64,000 bases of DNA from Candidatus Bathyarchaeota archaeon (GTDB lineage: Archaea; Thermoproteota; Bathyarchaeia; 40CM-2-53-6), in the NCBI GenBank assembly GCA_963733055.1, contig CAVTBR010000001.1:736001-800000 (forward strand), in the 5' to 3' direction. Each line of letters starts with the position of its first letter. The first letter of the stretch is position 1. Shown in pieces: positions 39,892 to 50,500 of this stretch. Made by a program: the position numbers and the translations under genes. The notes under the pieces were generated by a model. The model saw only the letters and a program-made list of their open reading frames with translations. It was not told the DNA's origin and searched no databases.

Positions 39892-40152
39892 CTACGCACT
39901 AGACCTGACGGTTATTGAGTGTGCGGCGGGATTGTAAAGCCTGAGATCATTGCACATGCGGAGAGCTTCGTCTCTCGCTTCGGCTTCGCTTGATGCTTCG
40001 ATTCTTACGGTCAACAGTTTTCCGGTTCGGACTTCCTTCACGCGTCGGAGACCCTTCTTGTAAATCAGATCCCTGGTTATGGTTTCTCCCTCTGGATCTC
40101 GGGCCTGCGGCTTGTTCGAGATGATTATTTCAACTGAGAAAGTTGGATCCAC
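39892..40152 (-). CDS. purS: FGAM synthase PurS subunit
   Basis: DPEGETI, VRTGK and LYNP; lies between purC and purQ. Confidence 0.9.
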   Translation of the reverse strand: MDPTFSVEIIISNKPQARDPEGETITRDLIYKKGLRRVKEVRTGKLLTVRIEASSEAEARDEALRMCNDLRLYNPAAHSITVRSSA

Positions 40153-40858
40153 TACAAACCCTCCTTAGCGGCTCGGCATAACCGAGTTCGAAAACTTGGG
40201 AGAGGCCCTTTCGAAACCTGTCTTTATCTAGGATTTCCTTTGTTTCCTTGTCCCAGAGCCTCCAAGAGTCTGGGCTTAGTTCATCACCGATCAACAGATT
40301 TCCGTGAGCGTCGCGGCCGAACTCAAGTTTGAAGTCTACAAGAATCGCATTGCGATCGTCGAAGAACTTCTCCAATAAGGCGGCGGCCTTTACCGCGGTC
40401 TGTTTCATTTGTTCTATCTCTTCGTCGTTGGCGAGCTGTAGAAGCATTAGGTGTTGATCAGTGAGCATTGGGTCGTGCAATGAGTCATCTTTCAAGTAGA
40501 ATTCAACGATAGGAAACGGCAGCTTGTCCCCGTTCTTGAAATGCTTCCCTATCCCAATGAAGTGACCCGCGGCACGGATTCTACAGACAACTTCCACAGG
40601 AATCATTTGTAGCTCCGTGACGAGAAGTCTGTTAGAGTCAACCTGTTTGATGAGGTGGTTTGGAATTTCATGCTTGGTGAAAATTTCGTACAGCTTCGCG
40701 GTGATTGCCGCGTTCACTTTGCCTTTGCCTTGCAGAATGTCGTGCTTTTTTCCGTCGCCTGCGGTGATATCGTCCCTGAAGGTGAGAATAACCTGACCCA
40801 GTTCGCCCGATGCGCTAACGGTCTTTGTCTTGCCCGCGGCAAGCTCCATTATTGCCAT
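40130..40858 (-). CDS. purC: SAICAR synthetase
   Basis: GKTK, DDITAGDG, IPVEVV, DFKLEFG, DELSPDSWRLWD and LDKD. Confidence 0.95.
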   Translation of the reverse strand: MAIMELAAGKTKTVSASGELGQVILTFRDDITAGDGKKHDILQGKGKVNAAITAKLYEIFTKHEIPNHLIKQVDSNRLLVTELQMIPVEVVCRIRAAGHFIGIGKHFKNGDKLPFPIVEFYLKDDSLHDPMLTDQHLMLLQLANDEEIEQMKQTAVKAAALLEKFFDDRNAILVDFKLEFGRDAHGNLLIGDELSPDSWRLWDKETKEILDKDRFRKGLSQVFELGYAEPLRRVCSGSNFLS

Positions 40859-40994
40859 GTTTCGTTAATTAAACGGCATCAGTAAAAATGATTCTTGACT
40901 CATTCGTATCAAGGACGACCCGTCTGTTCCGTTAGAACCTTCCAGATGGCCTTCTTGTTGATAGGCTCCTGTCAATAGTCACTTCCGCTCGGAG

Positions 40995-42647
40995 CTAATG
41001 CGTGAAATGCCTGATCCCGGTGAATTGCATAGCCATCTGGAACTCGTTCGCAGCCTCCACAACCTCTTTGTCGCGGATGGAGCCGCCGGGTTGAATGACC
41101 GCGGTAACTCCAACCTTTGCCATCAAATCAATTGAGTCTCTGAAGGGAAGGAATGCGTCCGAGGCCATGACCGTACCTTTAACATTCAATCCCGCCTCTT
41201 CCGCCTTCATTATCGCGAGTTTACACGAGTCAACCCTGCTCATCTGGCCAGCCCCAACCCCGACAAGCTGCTCAACGGACGCTAGCACAATCGCATTAGA
41301 CTTGACGTACCTGACGAGTTTCCACGCAAAACGAAGCGCTTGACTCTCTTCGCTTGTTGGTTCACGACTGGTCACGGTCTTGAGATTGTGTTCTTCGATC
41401 AAGAGCTCGTCACGATCCTGGTACAAGATGCCTCCATGGATTTTCCTCAACGTTTTTTCCGCTCGCGTACGCGCCTTGTCTAGAGCCTGGATATTCGCAA
41501 TGTCTAGGAGACGGCGATTTTTCTTCGCGGAGAGAACTCTCAAGGCTTCAGGATCGAAACCCGGCGCAAGAACCAATTCGACGAACTTATCGCTGAGTAG
41601 AGTCGCGGTTTGAATGTCCACTGGTCGAGTAAATCCGTATACTCCACCAAACGCCGCGACAGGGTCCGTCTCCAGAGCCCGACGACATGACTCAACGAGT
41701 GTTCCTGCTTTTGCGACGCCGCAAGGGTTTGTGTGTTTGATGATTATCGTTGAGACCGAATCATCCAACGCCCCAATCAGGGCGTAGGCGGCGTCGGCGT
41801 CCAGTATGTTCGTGTAACTCAATTCCTTATCGCCTGTCACCATCCTAGCCGCAGCGATGCAATTCAGAGCTTGTGCGTCTCGATAGACTGCGGCCCTTTG
41901 GTGAGGGTTCTCTCCATATCGCAGGTCTTGGATCTTCTCGAAGCCCATCAGCAACTTGGCAGGTCCAGGCCATTCCGGCCGAATACCCTCCTCGGACGCG
42001 ACCCTCTGAAAGAAGGATGAAATGACCATGTCGTAGGCCGACGTGAGTTCGAATGCTTTCAGCATCAGTCCCAGACGTGTTGCTTCGGAGAGAGACCCCT
42101 CATTATCTTGAAGTTCGGAGAGAATCTTCGCGTAGTCCGTTGGATCGGTAACAACGGCCACGCTGTGGTAATTCTTGGCAGCTGCTCGAATCATCGTCGG
42201 CCCGCCTATGTCGAGATTCTCTAAGGCATGGGGAATGTTCGTCGGTTCTGAGGCCGTTGCTTTTTCAAACGGGTACAGGTTGACCACAACCAGGTCTATA
42301 GGCCGGACACCCAATTTCCGGACGGTTTCCCTGTCCTCTTCAATTCCTCTCCTGTAAAGGAGACCTGCATAGATTTTCGGATGGAGACTCTTAACGCGAC
42401 CATCCAGGATTTCCGGGAACCCAGTATATTCAGCCATCTCCTGAACCGAGATTCCATTTTCGGTGAGTAATTTTGCCGTTCCTCCGGTTGATATCAGTTC
42501 AAAGTCCAAGGCTCGAAGTCCTTTCGCGAATTCCAGAATGTTTGTTTTATCGTAGACACTTAGTACGGCGGTCCTAACTTTCGCGGCCATTTCCAATCTC
42601 GACGATGAATTGATTCCTGCGGAACTTAGGTTTTCTTGACGCACCAA
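40995..42647 (-). CDS. purH: Bifunctional AICAR transformylase/IMP cyclohydrolase
   Basis: STGGT, GRVKSLHP, DIGGPTMIRAAAKN, LRYGENPHQ, KHTNPCG and QPGGS. Confidence 0.96.
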   Translation of the reverse strand: MVRQENLSSAGINSSSRLEMAAKVRTAVLSVYDKTNILEFAKGLRALDFELISTGGTAKLLTENGISVQEMAEYTGFPEILDGRVKSLHPKIYAGLLYRRGIEEDRETVRKLGVRPIDLVVVNLYPFEKATASEPTNIPHALENLDIGGPTMIRAAAKNYHSVAVVTDPTDYAKILSELQDNEGSLSEATRLGLMLKAFELTSAYDMVISSFFQRVASEEGIRPEWPGPAKLLMGFEKIQDLRYGENPHQRAAVYRDAQALNCIAAARMVTGDKELSYTNILDADAAYALIGALDDSVSTIIIKHTNPCGVAKAGTLVESCRRALETDPVAAFGGVYGFTRPVDIQTATLLSDKFVELVLAPGFDPEALRVLSAKKNRRLLDIANIQALDKARTRAEKTLRKIHGGILYQDRDELLIEEHNLKTVTSREPTSEESQALRFAWKLVRYVKSNAIVLASVEQLVGVGAGQMSRVDSCKLAIMKAEEAGLNVKGTVMASDAFLPFRDSIDLMAKVGVTAVIQPGGSIRDKEVVEAANEFQMAMQFTGIRHFTH

Positions 42648-42678
42648 ATCTGGCTTTAAGATCGCGGATGCTCAGACG

Positions 42679-43308
42679 TCAAGTCACGTGCAAGAGTGAT
42701 CCTAGGTTCTTGGCAATCAGGCCAGCTACGCGTATGGGTTCTGGTAGGCGAGAGATGAGGGCCGATGATGCGATGACTCTCTTAGCGTATGCTGGTGAAC
42801 TTCCCTTTACTTCGTAGTATAACTTGGGTTCATTCAGAAGTGGTTTGAATGAATACAAGGGGCCAGCGTTCCTCACGATGCGCCACCGTCGCTCCCAATC
42901 ATCGAAATGCCCCCTCAACGCTTTCCGCACGGATACGTTGTTCGGCCTTTCTCCAATGACTGCGATAACGGGTTTACCTGTCCCGTGGGATAATCGATCT
43001 ATGTCGATGAGATTGAAGCCACCGAAGGAAATCCCGCTCAGCATAACAGCATCATACGTCATATTCCTGAGTAAGGCTCTGAGTACAGAATTAGCGTCAG
43101 CTCCATCGACCCCTATTCTGCCAAGGCTGACTCTGGAAATTACGAAGCCATGAAGTAGAACTGCCACTATGACTGCGTATCCGCCGATCCCTATTCTGAG
43201 CGGAAGAGGTCCGTCATCTACCCCTACGATTCTAAAACTACGCTGCCTGATGCTTCTGGAGAGACTTCGGGACGTATCCGAAGAGCCTGCCCGCAATATT
43301 GTCCTCAA
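42679..43308 (-). CDS. DUF99/UPF0215 family protein (EndoV-like fold); start uncertain
   Basis: GVDDG, VDGADA, GISFGGFNLID and PEPIRVA. Confidence 0.85.
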   Translation of the reverse strand: MRTILRAGSSDTSRSLSRSIRQRSFRIVGVDDGPLPLRIGIGGYAVIVAVLLHGFVISRVSLGRIGVDGADANSVLRALLRNMTYDAVMLSGISFGGFNLIDIDRLSHGTGKPVIAVIGERPNNVSVRKALRGHFDDWERRWRIVRNAGPLYSFKPLLNEPKLYYEVKGSSPAYAKRVIASSALISRLPEPIRVAGLIAKNLGSLLHVT

Positions 43309-44467
43309 CGTAAGTATCTGAGATAACTCGAGGAGATACTCCGATTCTTATTTTCTTGGTTCTCCCATACCTTCCGAAACTCACCACTCTAGCGTTCAGT
43401 ATTCCCATGACGTCCAGTTCGTTGATTAGGCCACTGACTCTACGCTGTGTCAATGGCTCCAAATCGCTGACTCCGCATAGCTCGTGGTACACCTCGTATA
43501 CATCGCCGGTTATGGCTCCGCTAGAGAGATGATTGCTCAGCAAGTACGCTCCTACGAGTAGGATTTTGGAGTGAGCAGGAAGCGACTTCAAGACTTCAGA
43601 AACGCGGTCGTGTTCTATCTTCTGTTGCGCTTGGCGTACGTGCTGTTCGATCACTCGCCCGGAATCTTCGCGCTCCGCGAGCTCACCTGCCACACGAAGT
43701 AGGTCGAGGGCCCGCCTCGCATCACCGTGTTCGCCGGCGGCCAGGGCAGCGCAGAGTCTCAGGGCGTTTTCATCGAGGGCGCCTTTAAGGAAAGCCAATC
43801 GCGTCCTGTCGTATAGAATATCAAAGAGCTCATCTGCGAGATAGGGCCGAAAAACTACTTCCTCTTCACTGAGCGAGCTCAGGACGCGTGGATCCAGGAA
43901 TTCCTTGAAATGAAGATCGTTTGAGATTCCTACGAGGCTAATCCAAGAAGAGTTAAGCGTTTCATTGATCCTCGTGAGTTCATACAGCAGTGAATCATCT
44001 GCGTTATGTTTTATCAGAGCATCGATCTCGTCCAGAGTGACGAGTAGGGCTGTCCTGTCGGCGCCTATTCCATTTGAGAATCGATCCAAAAGCTCCCCGA
44101 CGGCAATTCCCGTGAAAGGTACCTCCACTCCAACGCTTCTACAGATCTCCGCCAAGACCCGGTAGTTCGTCCCAGCTAGACGGCAATTGATGTAAGCCAT
44201 CTTTACCGGAGCCCCGATCTCGGCAGCTTTCTTCTGCAGTTTGTCGAGCACAAATTTCGTAACTATGGTCTTGCCCGTGCCTGTTTTCCCGTAAACGAAC
44301 ACATTCGATATCTTCGACTGATGAAGAGCGGGAGCAAGAATCCCTGCCAAGCGCTGAATATGCTCATCTCTGTGCGGTAAGTGAGTTGGCATGTAGTCAT
44401 GCCGTAGAACGTCGCGCTCTGCGAATATTTTGGCAGTTGACAAATATTTGTCGAATAAGGTTTCCAT
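43238..44467 (-). CDS. cdc6: Orc1/Cdc6 replication initiator
   Basis: YGKTGTGKT, LDEID, GDAR.ALDLLR and wHTH ending GRYGRT. Confidence 0.97.
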   Translation of the reverse strand: METLFDKYLSTAKIFAERDVLRHDYMPTHLPHRDEHIQRLAGILAPALHQSKISNVFVYGKTGTGKTIVTKFVLDKLQKKAAEIGAPVKMAYINCRLAGTNYRVLAEICRSVGVEVPFTGIAVGELLDRFSNGIGADRTALLVTLDEIDALIKHNADDSLLYELTRINETLNSSWISLVGISNDLHFKEFLDPRVLSSLSEEEVVFRPYLADELFDILYDRTRLAFLKGALDENALRLCAALAAGEHGDARRALDLLRVAGELAEREDSGRVIEQHVRQAQQKIEHDRVSEVLKSLPAHSKILLVGAYLLSNHLSSGAITGDVYEVYHELCGVSDLEPLTQRRVSGLINELDVMGILNARVVSFGRYGRTKKIRIGVSPRVISDTYVEDNIAGRLFGYVPKSLQKHQAA

Positions 44468-44645
44468 AGCGTCTACAGCTGGTAAGGGAACATGCCTCCA
44501 CCGGTCACACCGGTCTTACATCTTGAAAAGTAGCTAATGGTTGTTGTACAAGAAAATCAACTATCGCCACTGGAATGGGTATGCACAGTTACCACATAAG
44601 ACTCTGAAAAAATGATGTAAACCATGTTGAAAAATGGGTTGTGGA

Positions 44646-44673
44646 CCCCCTCACCCCTCTGGTTCCACTCCAA
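44646..44673 (-). promoter_or_regulatory. ORB element 1
   Basis: Minus strand TTGGAGTGGAACCAGAGGGGTGAGGGGG resembles the ORB consensus TCCAGTGGAAAC..AGGGG. Confidence 0.75.
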
Positions 44674-44841
44674 GTAGTGTGAACTCGGTCGGCTAATTTT
44701 CTTACTGTAAAGAAGAAGTCATTGAGATATTACTTTTTGAAAATAAATGTGATGGCATTTACTAGATTGTAGTTGTTCCTCTAGTTTTCATCGGTTGGCA
44801 AAATTTTGATTTCTTCTACGAGTGTTTGATCAAATGCCTTT

Positions 44842-44867
44842 GTCCAGTCGAAATCAAGGGGTTAGGG
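44842..44867 (+). promoter_or_regulatory. ORB element 2
   Basis: GTCCAGTCGAAATCAAGGGGTTAGGG. Confidence 0.8.
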
Positions 44868-44926
44868 CGGTTGAGGTGGAGCAAGTTCGTTGTAGTTTAC
44901 ATGTTGTCATCTGTGGACAGTTCCAA

Positions 44927-44949
44927 TAACCCCTTCATTTCCACTGCAC
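44927..44949 (-). promoter_or_regulatory. ORB element 3, inverted relative to ORB2
   Basis: Minus strand GTGCAGTGGAAATGAAGGGGTTA. Confidence 0.8.
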
Positions 44950-45037
44950 GGCCTATTTTTCCGGTGAAAGTATATCAGGGGCGTACTCAACAGTGCTAAT
45001 CAACTCATAATCTGTTGACCTGTAGTTTGTGCGTCCC

Positions 45038-45427
45038 ATGAAGAAACGCGTCAAGCTCGAATTCTTCGACCGGTCTGGTGCAAAACACAGTCTAACCATT
45101 GAGGGAGAGTTTACGGTCGAGAAAGTTAATCGATTGTTAGAATACGCGGAAATCGTGGCAGGCCCCAACCAGTCTACTGCTTCTCTTGAGGGGTCGGAGA
45201 GCAAAATGAATCGGTTAACGGATGTAATCAACACGCAGTTAGCTGATCGCAGTTTCGATTCTCGCGAGATCTACCAATCTTACCGCGAAATCTGGGGGGA
45301 AGGCTTCACCCTTGGTGCGGTTTCGACGTATCTATCGCGGCTTGCAGATCGTGGTATGTTGGAGAGGACAGGGTCTGCTGCTCATTGGTTTTATAGACTC
45401 AAAACGTCTCCGACGGTTTCGCCCTGA
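45038..45427 (+). CDS. Origin-adjacent winged-helix protein
   Basis: C-terminal FDSREIY..Y....LGAVSTYLSRLADRGMLER wHTH. Confidence 0.75.
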   Translation: MKKRVKLEFFDRSGAKHSLTIEGEFTVEKVNRLLEYAEIVAGPNQSTASLEGSESKMNRLTDVINTQLADRSFDSREIYQSYREIWGEGFTLGAVSTYLSRLADRGMLERTGSAAHWFYRLKTSPTVSP

Positions 45428-46121
45428 CCGGGTCATTGGAGCTTTCGAATGTTGAGCGTAACGCCTCGTTCAGTTTGTACCTAAACGGAGCATGGTTCGT
45501 TTCACGGTCCACATACCCTTCCAAATACAACTTTTTCATCAGTCTCGATGTGTGTTCTCTGGATTTGTTCAGGCGCTTTCCAATTTCTGGAGCTGCTTTC
45601 GCGCCTTCATCCCTTAGAATTTCCAGCGTGAGACGTTCGGTCGGTGTGAGAGAGGCCAAGAAATCTCCGTCAGAAACCATGGTCGCCAAATTCTCCCGTT
45701 TCGGTAGGGCGTCCGAAGTTGGGCTTTTTTGGTGAATGGAATTGAGTTTGGTTTTTATTTGCTCGAATTCCACGATGAGCTTCTTGTCGCTAGCTAAAAT
45801 CTCCTGCAAATGATTCAACGTCTCCTGATGCGATGCGCGTAGGTTCACTTGTTCTCCTGCTAGAGCGTCGCTACGCTGCGTCGTTGCCTCCATGTCTGAC
45901 CGTAGCTGAATCATCACAGATTCAGAGCGTTGAATGCGTGAAGAAAGAGCGTCCACGATGACGTTGACCAGTGATGCTGATTCGACTAACGCTTGCTTGC
46001 TTTGCTGAAAGGCGCGAATCGTCCTCCTCCCAAAGATGCCCACCAATGCCAGACAGAGCACCGAAATCAGATCGACCGATAACGCAAAGGCATCCATCGT
46101 TACGGGAAAGGAGAGATTCAA
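45399..46121 (-). CDS. Membrane-anchored coiled-coil protein with C-terminal wHTH
   Basis: N-terminal hydrophobic helix, heptad-rich middle, LTPTERLTLEIL..EG....EIG..L.KSREHTSRLMKKLY.EGY. Confidence 0.8.
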   Translation of the reverse strand: MNLSFPVTMDAFALSVDLISVLCLALVGIFGRRTIRAFQQSKQALVESASLVNVIVDALSSRIQRSESVMIQLRSDMEATTQRSDALAGEQVNLRASHQETLNHLQEILASDKKLIVEFEQIKTKLNSIHQKSPTSDALPKRENLATMVSDGDFLASLTPTERLTLEILRDEGAKAAPEIGKRLNKSREHTSRLMKKLYLEGYVDRETNHAPFRYKLNEALRSTFESSNDPVRAKPSETF

Positions 46122-46141
46122 GGATGTTTACCTCTTCCACC

Positions 46142-46351
46142 CTGTGATGTCACAGCCGTTTTATGATGTCACAATGATTTGAACGTGACGATGACGTGAC
46201 ATCCACCCAGCTCACAATGACATCACGCAATCGGCTCATATTATGGCCGTAGCGGGTAGAGTTGCCCTATTTGCTCCGTTTCCTTTTCATCAAAACGGTT
46301 CTTTCTTTGAATAGATTCACAATAGATTCTTAGCATATCACGTGATATCAC
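46142..46351. repeat. Cluster of RTGAYRTCAC palindromic sites
   Basis: CTGTGATGTCACAG 46142, ATGATGTCAC 46163, GTGACATC 46196, ATGACATCAC 46217 and GTGATATCAC 46342. Confidence 0.75.
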
Positions 46352-46359
46352 ACGACTAG

Positions 46360-46857
46360 TCATAGAGTATCTTTGAAGCTTTGACGGTAAGCCAATGCGG
46401 AGATAGTCTCGGAGAGCCTTTGTTTCAAGTCTCGAATAGCATCGGAGTTGCCGGGGGAGGATTGGTTTTCTTGGATGTAGCCTTGAAGTGTGTCCGAGAG
46501 TTCAACGAATGGTTGCAACGCTGAAGTATCGAATAATCCGACGTATCCCAATAGTAGAATCGTGTAAATTGAACGAATAATATTGTTCTGGGCTTGGATT
46601 AGGCTTCGATTGTACGATCCGCGGCTAATCCGCTTCGTGGAGGGCCTGAAAAGGCGTCTGTAACCTTTTCTCATGGTTTTCTCATGGGAAACGGAGTCAG
46701 CGAGTAGTGTTTCCAGTTGAGGCAGGGTTAGATGGCTGCTGCCTAGGAGAAGTTTCGTGACCGGATCGTTTACGGTGTCGTGAATTGAGTTGCGTGCGTC
46801 TGACGTGTCGGGTTGTTCTGCCAAGGAACTCCCGTGTGGATACGGTTTCGTATTCAC
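46360..46857 (-). CDS. Hypothetical protein, possibly HTH/Tfx-like DNA-binding
   Basis: SHLTLPQLETL...ISRGSYNRSL.QA..NI pattern. Confidence 0.65.
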   Translation of the reverse strand: MNTKPYPHGSSLAEQPDTSDARNSIHDTVNDPVTKLLLGSSHLTLPQLETLLADSVSHEKTMRKGYRRLFRPSTKRISRGSYNRSLIQAQNNIIRSIYTILLLGYVGLFDTSALQPFVELSDTLQGYIQENQSSPGNSDAIRDLKQRLSETISALAYRQSFKDTL

Positions 46858-47187
46858 TTAAGTCTTTGAGAATGTTCCCGCAAACGAGATTGGAGTGGTG
46901 ACGAATCCAAGCTTACGCCGAGTTGTGTCGGAGGGTCGCGAGATTGCTCGGTTCGTAGACCCGGAGTAAGACAGTCGAGGGGAACGTTTGACACCCTCGG
47001 CACGTGTTTTCTGAGATCGGATTACGAACCGATTTTCATCATTCGATCCCATAACCCGTCATTGTTCTAATTGTTGCGCGAGGATGGGTCGCGCTTCAAA
47101 GAGGTCAAGTCTAAATTAGTTTTGGCTAGGGTGGAACGTTGAAATAACTCGTGGTAGTCTCTGCCCGTGAATTGGAGAGGAGTCAGG

Positions 47188-47472
47188 TTGGGCAGACGTA
47201 GAAGACGGGTAATCAAAGTTGTGAAAAAGAAATTGCCCTCTGTCTTCACCTGTCCTGTCTGTGGCGAGGAAGCAATACGCGTGAAACTCCCACAGGGAGC
47301 TGGCCCCGCTATCGTGCAATGCGGTTCGTGCGGACTCAAACGAGAATTCGAAGCGACTCCATCAAGCCAAATCGTTGACATATACTGCGTGTTCATGGAC
47401 AGCTTCTACGTCAAAGACAAGGCCCAAGCTCAGCAGCAGACTCAGCAATCGGCTCAATCTGCCCCGGTTTGA
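47188..47472 (+). CDS. elf1: Transcription elongation factor Elf1
   Basis: GRRRRR..KKLPSVFTCPVC...CGSC...VDIY; SD GAGGAG before TTG 47188. Confidence 0.9.
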   Translation: MGRRRRRVIKVVKKKLPSVFTCPVCGEEAIRVKLPQGAGPAIVQCGSCGLKREFEATPSSQIVDIYCVFMDSFYVKDKAQAQQQTQQSAQSAPV

Positions 47473-47542
47473 ACCGAACGGGTACTAGCGTCTCCTAGTC
47501 TTAATGAAGAGGAAGGCCAGTCTGTAGTTTAGGCCTGTACCT

Positions 47543-50500
47543 TTGGACGCAACAGCTCTAAGTCGTCACGACCTATATTTTCAAGGTCTGAAGAATCAGG
47601 TCGACCAGATCTATGATCTGGCTAGACAGGCAAGGGCGAAGGGATTGGATCCATCACGGGATCCAGAGTCTGTGGTCACCCAGGATGTTGCGGAACGAGT
47701 CGAGAAGGCTGTAGGTCCCCCTAATGTAGCTTCAAGAATCCGCGAACTTTCGCTTCTGATGCAACGCGAACTTGTAGCGCTCAAGATAGCAGAAGAGATC
47801 TCGCTTTCAAAGTATGGAGTGGATGGCGAGCGCGCAGCAGAACAGGCGGTTCGAACTGCATCGGCCATTCTAGACGAAGGCGTTACTGCAGCGCCGATTG
47901 AGGGGATCTCAAGCGTCAGGATAAGAACAAATCAGGATGGATCCAAGTATCTGGCTGTTTACTTTGCAGGTCCCATTCGGTCGGCTGGGGGCACCGATAT
48001 GGCATTGATCCTTGTCATAGCTGATTATGTGAGACACCAGCTGGGGTTGGGCCGATACAAAGCTACGGAACTTGAGGCGAAAAGGTTCGTAGAAGAACTG
48101 CGTTTGTATGAGAGAGAGGTGGCCCGATTTCAGTTTAAGGTTTCAGATGAAGAGCTGTTCAACGCGGTCATGCGACTGCCAGTCGAAGTCAACGGGGTTG
48201 AAACGGATCCCGTCGAGGTTTCAGCGTACAGAAACGTTCCACGGGTGGACACGAACCGGGTGAGAGGCGGGGCACTGAGGGTTGTTCACGATGGGCTGAT
48301 TGGTAGAAGCCACAAGGTCCTGAAGATAATCGACAGCTTAGGTATAGAGGGATGGAGTTGGCTGAAGGAAATTAAGCCTCCCGTGGCTGAGGCGGAAGAG
48401 GCGCGTGAGTTCATGTTCATGGAGGATGTTCTGGCGGGACGGCCAATCTTCTCCTTTCCACAGTTCACGGGAGGCTTTAGGCTGAGATATGGAAGAGCGA
48501 GAAATACCGGCTTGGCCGCAATTGGCCTTCATCCGTCTACAATGATTGTTCTAGGCAAGTTCATCGCCGTTGGAACACAGCTCAGGTTAGAGAAGCCTGG
48601 CAAGGCAGGCATCGCGGCGACCGTTGATTCAATCGAACCCCCCATAGTTCGATTGAAGGATGGTTCCGTTGTGAGGCTATCAGACGCAAAGCGAACGGAA
48701 GAGCTCCTCGATTCGGTGGACGAGATTCTGTTCTTAGGGGACATACTGATAGGGTTCGGAGAATTTCTCGAGAACAATCGCCCCCTCCTCCCGTCAGGTT
48801 TTGTTGAGGAGTGGTGGAGTCAGCTAATGGAACTTGAAGCTACGAAGCACTCTGGTATACGCGGGTTCGCGGATCACATAAGTGTTGATGAATCTAGAAT
48901 TCTCGCCTATCTGAATGACTCAAGTGGAGAATATCCTACCGCTGAGGAAGCGATTCGCATCGCAAAACGATCAAACGTCCCTCTACATCCCAAATACACA
49001 TGTTTCTGGGAGAACATCGCCCCACAAGACTTTGACTACTTACGCTCAAAACTAATCGATCGCAACCAAACAACCCTATCCCCTAATCGAATATCGACTA
49101 AGAATGACACAATGACCAAGGCTATACTAGAGAACCTCTGCGTCCCCCACAGGGTTGAGCAAGATCTGCTAATAGTGGAAGAGGATGCGACGGTCTTGCA
49201 CGAATGCCTTGGGTTGGCTTCTCAGGGGGGGGCAGTGGAGGGGAAGGATGTGTTTGAGAAACTCTTTCACGCTTCGGGGATGCGAGTGATGAGAAAGGCG
49301 CCAGTCTATGTTGGCGCGCGAATGGGTCGGCCGGAAAAGGCGGCGAGGCGCGAAATGCGGCCTATGGTTCATTGTTTGTTTCCAATTGGGCTAGCCGGCG
49401 GATCTAGGAGGAATATTGTTGAGACTGTGGCAGAACACACCATAATCTCAGTTGATTTGGCGTACCGAAAATGCCAGAATTGCGGTAACGTCACTCACTT
49501 TGGCAAATGCGAGAAATGTGGCACTGATACAGTTGGCGCGTTTGCCTGCCAAAGGTGCGGTATCGACACCCCCGATAAAGTCTGCCCCTCATGCAAAGGC
49601 AAGGCCGAGGCGTTTACCCGAAGGAATGTACCCATACGTGACTTATTCAATGCGGCGCAAAGAAGACTCTCTCTCACCGTCACCCCCGAGAGCGTAAAAG
49701 GCGTGCGCGGGCTGACCAATCAGACGAAGACGCCGGAGCCTCTTGAGAAAGGACTTCTGAGAGCGAAGTATGACGTGTCCGTCTTCAAAGATGGAACCGT
49801 GCGATTCGATGCGACGAATGCACCGCTTACACACTTCAAACCTGTTGAGATCGGCGTTGGAGTCGACAAACTAATCGGGTTGGGGTACGAAGTCGACGTA
49901 GCGGGCAATCCACTTACATCGAATCAGTGTTGCAGCCTCAGAGTACACGACATCATCGTGCCGGAAACATGTGGAGACTACTTCGTCAGAGTCGCAAAAT
50001 TCATCGATGACCTCCTCCAACGCCTGTACGGCTTGCCACCATTCTACAATGCGAAGAACAAAGAGGACTTAGTTGGTCAATTGGTTATCGGCCTCTCTCC
50101 ACACACCTCAGTGGGTGTCATTGGACGTATTATCGGCTTTACAAAAGCCAGCGTCACCCTAGCACACCCATTCTGGCACGCCGCTAAGCGTAGGGATTGC
50201 GATGGTGACGAGGACTCCGTCAGCCTTGCTTTAGACATCCTTCTGAATTTCTCGAAACTGTTTCTTCCCTCAAGAATTGGGGGAATAATGGATGCCCCAA
50301 TTCTGTTAACGATCGGAATCAAACCACGGGAGGTTGCCCGCCAGGCTTTCAACATCGAATCGGTTAACCGTCTACCCTTACAGTTCTTCGATGCAACGCA
50401 AAAACGCTCTGACCCCAAATCCCAAGCCGCCATCATTGAAACAGTCCAAAACCGGCTTGGTTCGCAGGCAGTGTTGGAGTCCCTAGGTTTCACTCAAAGT

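Larger units (their letters stand above)
44560..44950. other. Chromosomal replication origin (oriC)
   Basis: Non-coding region upstream of cdc6 with three ORB-like boxes and an AT-rich stretch at ~44695-44835. Confidence 0.85.

Noticed and set aside
40860-40990. Purine or ZTP riboswitch upstream of purC
   Set aside because: No match to the consensus cores by eye; an Rfam covariance search would settle it
46142-46351. Repeat cluster as a CRISPR array
   Set aside because: The units are 10-bp palindromes with irregular spacing, and no cas genes are present
46858-47160. Possible ncRNA or 64-aa ORF upstream of elf1
   Set aside because: No recognisable RNA family, protein motif or convincing structure by eye; left unassigned
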